Positions 7,204-14,375 of a DNA stretch of 26,564 nucleotides are shown piece after piece (the first letter of the stretch is position 1; the number at the start of each line of letters is the position of its first letter). Location of the stretch: positions 1 to 26,564 of IMG/VR virus record IMGVR_UViG_3300005859_000008. The stretch is one strand, 5' to 3'. Both the position numbers and the translations under genes were made by a program. Below the pieces are notes generated by a model. It worked only from the letters and a program-made list of their open reading frames with translations. It was not told the origin of the DNA and ran no database searches.

Positions 7204-7773
7204 ATGTCAGGTCAAGTTGAAAAAATAGTTTTAAATAAATTAGATAAATTTGAACTAAGTGAAAATATTGAAGAAAGTTTAAGAGAGGATAACATATCGG
7301 AAAGTTGTTATACGAATTTCAAAGATGCTTTAGCCGATACAATAATTCAAAATGTTTCTGAAATGACAAAAAAAGATTTTTGGAAATTGAAATATTCTGT
7401 GAAAAATATTGAAGAAAAGATATTTGATGCATTTATGAAAAATTCAGAATTCAAGATTTCGATAAAAGAAAAAGATAATAAATTAAATGAAATTGTTGTT
7501 AAATTAGATTTCGCAGAAAATGAGAAAAAGCGAATTGCAGAAACATATATAGATACATTGTTAGAAGGTTATTATTACTTAGATATATGTCTTTTTATTG
7601 AGATAGAAGAAGAAGTAAATGTAGATACAATTTCTAAGATCTTAAGTAATGAGGTTTATGGTCTGTTAAGTCCTGAAGAAATAAAGAATGAATTTAAAGA
7701 TAAAATAGAGGAAGCTATTAAGATTGTTTTTGACTATGATACTGATTATGATGGTGATGATGAAGAAGAATGA
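7204..7773 (+). CDS. Acidic hypothetical protein (189 aa) with D/E tail, paralog of 6595-7116
   Basis: ATG 7204 follows a CGGGGA SD (preferred over TTG 7183); TTTTTATATTTGTC promoter; ends DYDTDYDGDDEEE. Confidence 0.85.
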   Translation: MSGQVEKIVLNKLDKFELSENIEESLREDNISESCYTNFKDALADTIIQNVSEMTKKDFWKLKYSVKNIEEKIFDAFMKNSEFKISIKEKDNKLNEIVVKLDFAENEKKRIAETYIDTLLEGYYYLDICLFIEIEEEVNVDTISKILSNEVYGLLSPEEIKNEFKDKIEEAIKIVFDYDTDYDGDDEEE

Positions 7774-7790
7774 TGTGAAAATATGAATTT

Positions 7791-8726
7791 CTATATCTCA
7801 AGTTCTAATTCATCTTTTTCTTTCTTTATCTTTTTCTTTTCCTTTAAAATTTCATTTACAATTTTGTAATTTCTAATTAATTCAATTGTAAGGCTGTCAA
7901 GACCTATCTTTCTTAATTTGTTAGCATATCTTGTGTATTTATTGTCAATTTGCCATTTATTGTATACTAGAATATAAGCGTTCATAACTTCTAGAATTTT
8001 TCTGTTAGTCAAATCATATTCAAATGGAAAATGAATCTTGTCTAAAAATTCAAAAAGTTGTTCTTTTTCTTCTTCCGTAATTTTATACCTTTCTCTACTT
8101 GTTTTTTGATTTCCTACATATTTTCTTGTTCCATCAAACCAAAAAATCTCTCTATATGCCATAGTTTTGGAATATGTAGCTGTGTCCATACTATCCGCAA
8201 AATCGAAAGCTTGTAGAAAATATGGTGCAGACATTCCAAGGACATGTAGATAAGGGACTTTCCTTCTTACATAATAAACCCATGGAAATGTATAGATTAA
8301 AACTTTTAATTTGCTAGATGCTACAAGTCCTCCTATTGCAAAATAGTAAGTATATTGTTTGTAAAAATCTATAGCTTCATCTACATCTTGAATTGGATAG
8401 ATATGGATAACTGGAATAATTTTTTCTATCCATTCTATTTTTGTATACAAGTATTCAAAATATTGAAAATTTCGTTTGTCTAGAGGAGAAAACATACTTG
8501 CAATATCAAGAGAAAAAAAAGCATATGCATCTAATTTTTTGTATTTTTCTAGAATGTCTTTCACAGAAATATGTAGACCATATAATGCAATTTGGTAACC
8601 TCCGCTATCTATCCAAGTCTCATTTTTCCATGTCTTTTTTCTAAATCTTAACTGATTAATTAGAATCGGAAAGTCAGTCTTCAGAATATATGATGTTGTT
8701 GAACTTAGACCAAAGACAAGTTTCAT
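7791..8726 (-). CDS. tRNA-guanine transglycosylase (TGT)-fold protein, SIRV2 ORF310-like (311 aa)
   Basis: TGT-superfamily motifs IDSGGYQ, FSLD, IPVIH, IGGLV, HVLG, DSMD. Size and pairing with the permease match SIRV. Confidence 0.88.
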   Translation of the reverse strand: MKLVFGLSSTTSYILKTDFPILINQLRFRKKTWKNETWIDSGGYQIALYGLHISVKDILEKYKKLDAYAFFSLDIASMFSPLDKRNFQYFEYLYTKIEWIEKIIPVIHIYPIQDVDEAIDFYKQYTYYFAIGGLVASSKLKVLIYTFPWVYYVRRKVPYLHVLGMSAPYFLQAFDFADSMDTATYSKTMAYREIFWFDGTRKYVGNQKTSRERYKITEEEKEQLFEFLDKIHFPFEYDLTNRKILEVMNAYILVYNKWQIDNKYTRYANKLRKIGLDSLTIELIRNYKIVNEILKEKKKIKKEKDELELEI

Positions 8727-9919
8727 TATTGTTCTCCATTAATCACCTTCTTTCTTAAGACGTATATAATTCCTCCAATTAAAGGCAATAGTAATATTCT
8801 TAATATTGTATATATTAGATTTCCTTCTATTACGAAATTATAGAATATTGGGTTTTGAAGTCCTAGATAAAAGAATATAAATATCTGTAGTGCTAAACTT
8901 ATTATTACACTTAAAAATAATAATTTATTATTTGTTAATTTTAAAAATGTTAAACTTACAATTAAGAAATTCCAGAAAATGAACAATATACCAGTAAATC
9001 CAAATGAAATTGAAAATCCTAAAAGATTTTCTAAAACGTTAGCGATTGTATCAACAGTAAAGATTAACAATAAAATGTTAGGCGTAAGTTTTGTAAATTT
9101 TTCTGGGAGAATTCTATCAAATGTAAAGTTTTGAATTAAACGACTTTGAATTATAGCATTCACAAAAAGATAGCTTAGATACCAGATTGGAAATAAAGCA
9201 AACAATATATTCAAATTAGAAAAGCTATCTAATATTGATAATATTGTAACTACTAAATAACTTCCAAAATATCCAATTTTTATTGCTTTATTTACGTTCT
9301 TTACTTCTCCAGCTATATAACTAATTGCATTTATGAATAGAAACATAGACAAGTCAAATAGTAAGGCTGAAAGTAAGGTATTCGATATTGTGAAGTTTTG
9401 TATCTGGAAATGAAAATTTGAGACTGGGAGAAATATTGATACAAGTATCTGTAGAATAGCTAATCCGTCTACTATATAAGCATAAATTGATTTTCTAATT
9501 ATACTAATTATAGTTATTATAAATAATAATTCTGAAATTAGAAATTTATCAATTAGTGAAATATTAAAATTCATAAGTACTAAATTTGTTAGGACTGGAG
9601 CTGAGAATATATACGTTAGCCATAACGAGATTCCGAAAATTGTGTAGAATTTCGGGGAAAATGTATTTCTAATGTAAGCATAATCCCCACCGTTTAATGG
9701 AATTTTCTTGGTTAGAATATAATACATTACTAATAATGGAATTTCAAATATTGCTCCTAATATTACAGCAATTAACAAGTTTACATTTTTCATCATTTGA
9801 GAGACAAAAATTGGATAACTTATTCCGCTCAAAATTCCCATGTAAAGAAGATTGATAGAAAAAATATCTAATGAATTGAAATTTTTTATAATTCCTGAAC
9901 TTTGTCTTTTGAATTCCAT
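8726..9919 (-). CDS. APC-family amino acid permease-like membrane protein, SIRV2 ORF399-like (397 aa)
   Basis: Many TM segments; APC motifs PLNGGDYAYIRNTF and SYIAGEVKN; stop overlaps the TGT start (TAATG). Confidence 0.88.
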   Translation of the reverse strand: MEFKRQSSGIIKNFNSLDIFSINLLYMGILSGISYPIFVSQMMKNVNLLIAVILGAIFEIPLLVMYYILTKKIPLNGGDYAYIRNTFSPKFYTIFGISLWLTYIFSAPVLTNLVLMNFNISLIDKFLISELLFIITIISIIRKSIYAYIVDGLAILQILVSIFLPVSNFHFQIQNFTISNTLLSALLFDLSMFLFINAISYIAGEVKNVNKAIKIGYFGSYLVVTILSILDSFSNLNILFALFPIWYLSYLFVNAIIQSRLIQNFTFDRILPEKFTKLTPNILLLIFTVDTIANVLENLLGFSISFGFTGILFIFWNFLIVSLTFLKLTNNKLLFLSVIISLALQIFIFFYLGLQNPIFYNFVIEGNLIYTILRILLLPLIGGIIYVLRKKVINGEQ

Positions 9920-10039
9920 ATCTCAGTTCAAGTTTTATGACTAATTTAAGCCTTTTCAAAAATTTAAAGAAATACATTAATTATGAATTTTTTATTATAA
10001 TGATAATGGATATTTAATATTTAAAGTTTATAATTTCAT

Positions 10040-10465
10040 TTAAGAAAGAAATTTTAAAATGTCATTTGTATCTTTTAACAATTCTATTTTTTGTCTGGAA
10101 TAATTTTTCAGATGATAAAGTGCATGTGGAAATTTCGCATTTCCCATTCTATTCATAAATATCATTATTAAAGAATTTTGTTCATATAACATTCTAAACC
10201 AGGAAGGAGTAGGGTCAAATGGTAGATATAATAAAACTTCACTTCCATTTTTATTACTTTCTATAGCTTTTATTATAAATGGTTTTTTAATAGAAAATGG
10301 TGGGTTACAATAAGAATGATTTGGCCATAATTTTTCTACTGCATTGAATTTAGTTTTATCTAAACAAACGTCTATAAATTTTAATTCATTTGTAATAATA
10401 TTATAAACTGCTTCAGGTGTTGGTTTATTGTCATGTATAGCCCTTTTCGGATATTTAAGTGTCAT
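10040..10465 (-). CDS. Phage-type DNA N6-adenine methyltransferase (Dam-like, PF05869-type; 141 aa)
   Basis: PTPEAVY, IDVC, catalytic YCNPPFS, KA, then LYLPFDPTPSWF, in the order typical of the small phage Dam family. Own TTTAATTTGTC promoter. Confidence 0.82.
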   Translation of the reverse strand: MTLKYPKRAIHDNKPTPEAVYNIITNELKFIDVCLDKTKFNAVEKLWPNHSYCNPPFSIKKPFIIKAIESNKNGSEVLLYLPFDPTPSWFRMLYEQNSLIMIFMNRMGNAKFPHALYHLKNYSRQKIELLKDTNDILKFLS

Positions 10466-10554
10466 GGTTCTATTACATTTTTATTTTTATGACAAATTAA
10501 AACGTTATTTAAAATTTAAAGAAATAAAAATGTCCTAAAACATATATAATATTC

Positions 10555-10923
10555 ATGATAAGGGAATATAAACTAAGGAATAATGTAATTGTGAAGATAA
10601 ACGATAATAAGGCTGAGATAAATGTTAAGAACGAATATAAACTTTTTTTAACTTTATACAAAAATAATGTTATTGCAAAATATAAAGATGTTTCTTTAAC
10701 AATAAATTATGATAAATTTGATAGTGAAAAATTAGCTAAAAAAATACATGTTATAGTTAAACAGTCTCATAAATTTTCGATATCTCTAATTAATGAAGTT
10801 TTGGACTTAATTGTAATTGATAATTTATATAGTGATATTATTGAAGAAATTAAGGAATTAAAAGAGAAAAAAGATATTAATAAATTAAGGAAAGTTTACG
10901 ATTATTTAAGAGAGATGGAGTGA
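10555..10923 (+). CDS. Rudiviral hypothetical protein (122 aa; SIRV ORF94/95-like position)
   Basis: Clean ORF, Lys-rich, next to the GT4 gene as in SIRV. Confidence 0.75.
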   Translation: MIREYKLRNNVIVKINDNKAEINVKNEYKLFLTLYKNNVIAKYKDVSLTINYDKFDSEKLAKKIHVIVKQSHKFSISLINEVLDLIVIDNLYSDIIEEIKELKEKKDINKLRKVYDYLREME

Positions 10924-10927
10924 GATT

Positions 10928-11149
10928 ATGACAAGTTTTCAGGAACAACATTTCTATATAATTGTCAAGGAAGAATTAGGGATAATTTTAGCAGAATGTG
11001 TTAGGCATAGTCCGCCAGATTATGCTATTGGTATCAGAAATACTGAATATATAGATATTGTAGAAAAATTTACAGACAAAAAAGAAGCTGAGAAATTGTA
11101 TAGGAAAATGGTCTTTGAAAAACAAAAGGATAGTTTAAGAAATACTTAA
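10928..11149 (+). CDS. Hypothetical protein (73 aa)
   Basis: GGAGTGAG SD; coupled to the upstream ORF; convergent overlap with the GT4 stop. Confidence 0.7.
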   Translation: MTSFQEQHFYIIVKEELGIILAECVRHSPPDYAIGIRNTEYIDIVEKFTDKKEAEKLYRKMVFEKQKDSLRNT

Positions 11150-12210
11150 AGTCCGTCTAACGATTTAAAAAGTTGTTTTTTTACAGCTTCATAACTGAAG
11201 TTTTCTATCCAAAAGTTATAATTTTCCTCAATTTTTGCTTTATAATCATCTAAGTTATCCAGAACGTTAAGTATTTTATCTACAGCTTTTTCAACACACA
11301 TTTCCACGCCTTTTCCAATATGAATGGAATTATCTGGAAAAATTATCGGAAATTTACAGGAATCTACAAGTAAGTCTTGTAATTGTGGAGGAAAATATTC
11401 TTGCCATGCCCCGCCTTTTGTAGCTACAACCGGGATTTTTGATACAAAAGCTTCCAGACCATTTAACTCGAAACTTCCACCTCTACTAGTTAGTAGATAC
11501 AAGTCAGATATTCTATACATCTTCACAATATTGTCAAAATCTGTATTTCCAGTTATGTTAAACATTCTGAGGTCTTGAAAATCTGTCCTAGTCCATCCTG
11601 ACTTTACAAGAAAATAGATGTCATTTCTTTCTTTCTGAAGTTGTTGAGCAATTTTATGGAATATATCAGCTCCTTTTCTAAAATCTGAATGCCAAAGCGA
11701 GATAAAGATTAGTTTTATTTTCTTCTCATTTTTGATTTTCTCGATATAACGTATTTGTTCATCCACTTTTAGTTCTTCATCTTTAGCTAAAAGTCTTTCG
11801 TTAAAATTATGGACAACTTTGTAGATTGGAATTTTTAATCCAGAGTTCTTGAAAGCATTTACAGACCATTTAGAATTCACAATTATTCTATCTGCATAAT
11901 TATTTGCATAATCTATAAATTTCTCCGAAATTCTATCACTATCAGCTACTTCAACTCCTACAATTGCACTTGTTTTAGCCCTATATTGTTCAAAAAATGA
12001 AAATTCTACTTTTGTCCATTTCCACATAGAATAGAAAAAGGGGTGAATTATAGAAATTGGATGACGGAAAGGGGTAAATTGATAGAATGATAACGCTGGA
12101 ATTTCGTAAACTATATACTTTTCTTTTAGCATTTTTACATGTTCTTTTGCTACAAATTTGAAAGAAACGTCGTGATGTTGTGGATAAACGTAATAAATTG
12201 GAACTGTCAA
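11146..12210 (-). CDS. GT-B (GT4-like) glycosyltransferase, SIRV ORF356-like (354 aa)
   Basis: RKGAD, DLYLLTSRGGSFELNGLEA (E-x4-E variant of the GT4 motif), PVVAT; TTG start after GAGGA. Confidence 0.92.
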   Translation of the reverse strand: MTVPIYYVYPQHHDVSFKFVAKEHVKMLKEKYIVYEIPALSFYQFTPFRHPISIIHPFFYSMWKWTKVEFSFFEQYRAKTSAIVGVEVADSDRISEKFIDYANNYADRIIVNSKWSVNAFKNSGLKIPIYKVVHNFNERLLAKDEELKVDEQIRYIEKIKNEKKIKLIFISLWHSDFRKGADIFHKIAQQLQKERNDIYFLVKSGWTRTDFQDLRMFNITGNTDFDNIVKMYRISDLYLLTSRGGSFELNGLEAFVSKIPVVATKGGAWQEYFPPQLQDLLVDSCKFPIIFPDNSIHIGKGVEMCVEKAVDKILNVLDNLDDYKAKIEENYNFWIENFSYEAVKKQLFKSLDGL

Positions 12211-12217
12211 TTTGTCC

Positions 12218-12823
12218 TCACCAAGCTATTAATACAAATTCTGGAATATGTTTGAAAATTTGTGGAATATCTTCAAGTGTAAATTCCATTCTTTTTTCTC
12301 CACATGGAGTTTTTACATAATGTATAGTCCCTAATTTCAGAACGTTAAGATGTAGAATATGATCATGGATAAATATATCAATTGGAAATTCTTTGTAATA
12401 TTCTTTATCAAGATATGTATTTAATATAATTTCTAATATTGGAATTTGATTTTTCCTAAATATGTAATTTGTTCCAGAGCAAAACGGTCTAATTTCGTTA
12501 GCCCAACTATAATAAAGCCAATAACATAAAGTTATTATTCTATTTCCGGGATCAATTTCTCTAATTTTTGGGACTATTAAATCGCTATCTATAATTGCAA
12601 GGACGTCATCATCTTGATTTTGTGCAATTTCTAGAATTTTTAATAATTGTTTAGCTATTCTAACCCATCTAATTTCACTATTTGTTTCATTCCAAATTAT
12701 CTTATCATGAAATTTTTGTTCTAATTGTGGAGTTAAATCGTTAGACGTTTTATCGACAATTACGTAATCAAAATCTAGCTCTGGTAAATGTTTTGTATAT
12801 CCAACAAATGTAAAGACTTTCAT
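12218..12823 (-). CDS. GT-A-fold glycosyltransferase, SIRV1 ORF209/SIRV2 ORF176-like (201 aa)
   Basis: VIVD and LAIIDSDL (DxD) motifs; operonic with GT4; TTTAAAATTGTC promoter. Confidence 0.8.
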   Translation of the reverse strand: MKVFTFVGYTKHLPELDFDYVIVDKTSNDLTPQLEQKFHDKIIWNETNSEIRWVRIAKQLLKILEIAQNQDDDVLAIIDSDLIVPKIREIDPGNRIITLCYWLYYSWANEIRPFCSGTNYIFRKNQIPILEIILNTYLDKEYYKEFPIDIFIHDHILHLNVLKLGTIHYVKTPCGEKRMEFTLEDIPQIFKHIPEFVLIAW

Positions 12824-12880
12824 AATTACTTCTCAGTTTCATGACAATTTTAAATATTTTCAAACAAATGTGAAAGTGAC

Positions 12881-13029
12881 AACAATATGCTATATTAATA
12901 ATATAAGGAATATTGTGTTGTTTACATGTTTCCATGGGAATTTAAGAACAATAAGGGCAATTAATATACATAATATGATATATGAGATATATGGTTTTAT
13001 TTATGTCATTTTAGAAATTTACACTTATG
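12881..13029 (+). repeat. Left arm of a 149-bp inverted repeat (promoter region of the 265-aa gene)
   Basis: Ungapped reverse-complement match to 17710-17858; hand count 113/149; 22-bp exact core at 12962-12983. Confidence 0.85.
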
Positions 13030-13824
13030 AGTGTAACATATACATCTATATCGGAATTATTAGCCTCACCATTTCAAAGACTTACATCATCTATGTGGAA
13101 CACGGCAACACTTCTTCTAATACAACTTTACGAAACAGGAGGAAATGCTGTGACATCAATTCTAAAAAACGGAAACTTGACAATTCCAGGGTCAATAATT
13201 GCTAGTTCTGGAAATTTCTACGAAGAAATTTATGTAGATGGACAGCCAGTTCTTACAGAACAAGACCCAATATACATTGCTGGATTTATAGCTACAGCTA
13301 ATGAACAAATAAATCAAATTGTCTATTCAAATCAACAACTTTATTATGCAATTTTGAAACTTCCTGAAGAAATTTATAATATAATTTCACAAAATTTTGA
13401 TAATATTTCTAATTCAATTTATTCTGCAATTAATTCAATTTCTGAAAAAATAAGTTTTCCATTTGAAGATGCAATTTATTCTGTAATTTATGCTTTAACT
13501 TATTTCTATTTAGCTACAGTTAGTTTAGCTAAAACATTTAACAAACTTTCATTATATTTATCCCCTCCAACAATAGAAGGACTACAATTAGATATAGATA
13601 CAATACCTTCTCCACTTTATTCAGGCCCAACAATTGAAACTGTAAGAATAATCTTACAAAATTTAAGTAATCAAATAGTTTATATTGGAAATCAATTGTA
13701 TAATAATTTCCCAATTTTTCCTAATGACAGTATAGAATTACATGTTAATAATCCAAGTAATATTTACGCTTGGGCAACTGGAAAATGTAAAGTTTACGCT
13801 CTATTCGAAGTAGTACAGAGTTAG
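13027..13824 (+). CDS. Conserved rudiviral protein, SIRV ORF268/269-like, probably virion-associated (265 aa)
   Basis: Size and synteny with the methyltransferase; shares N- and C-terminal motifs with the ORF564-like protein. Confidence 0.85.
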   Translation: MSVTYTSISELLASPFQRLTSSMWNTATLLLIQLYETGGNAVTSILKNGNLTIPGSIIASSGNFYEEIYVDGQPVLTEQDPIYIAGFIATANEQINQIVYSNQQLYYAILKLPEEIYNIISQNFDNISNSIYSAINSISEKISFPFEDAIYSVIYALTYFYLATVSLAKTFNKLSLYLSPPTIEGLQLDIDTIPSPLYSGPTIETVRIILQNLSNQIVYIGNQLYNNFPIFPNDSIELHVNNPSNIYAWATGKCKVYALFEVVQS

Positions 13825-13832
13825 GTGATATT

Positions 13833-14375
13833 ATGCCTATAAATTTCAAAGATTATTTCTGTAAGTTAGAATGTTGTTATTGGCATGAATTTGAACAAGC
13901 TTATGGAAAATTAAATGTAAAAGATAGAACAGTTACGATAATTGGTAATGATTGTGGAAGTACAGTGTTATACTTTTTACTAAAAGGTGCTAAAAGAATT
14001 GTTGGATTTGAAAAAGAAGAAAAACTAAATCAGCTGTTCAAAGAAAAAGTTTGTAAAGACTTCAATATCTGTGACAAAGTTGAGATTCATGGGGAATGGA
14101 CTGGAAATCTATACCCAGACACTGACGTTCTAGTTATGGATTGTGAGGGTTGTGAGGCCAAGTTACTTGAAGTTAAGGCCGAACGAAGTGATGAACAAAG
14201 TTCATCACGAAGTGAGTCAAAACTTGATATTTCACAACTTCAAAAGTATAAACAGTATTGCATAGCCGTACATGATTGGACAGAAAATAGATTCGAATTA
14301 ATGAGAAAACTTTACGGAACAACTTTAACTTTTATAAGTGAAGATAATAGGGAATTTGTATTTTGTAAATTATGA
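13833..14375 (+). CDS. SAM-dependent FkbM-like methyltransferase, SIRV ORF158b-like, with a 20-aa insertion (180 aa)
   Basis: Motif I IIGNDCG, RIVGFE, VMDCEGCE (cf. FkbM KIDxEGxE); AGGTGA SD. Confidence 0.88.
   Translation: MPINFKDYFCKLECCYWHEFEQAYGKLNVKDRTVTIIGNDCGSTVLYFLLKGAKRIVGFEKEEKLNQLFKEKVCKDFNICDKVEIHGEWTGNLYPDTDVLVMDCEGCEAKLLEVKAERSDEQSSSRSESKLDISQLQKYKQYCIAVHDWTENRFELMRKLYGTTLTFISEDNREFVFCKL

Noticed and set aside
12870-13205. 111-aa plus-strand ORF
   Set aside because: Runs through the inverted-repeat/promoter region and overlaps the 265-aa gene out of frame; unnatural composition.
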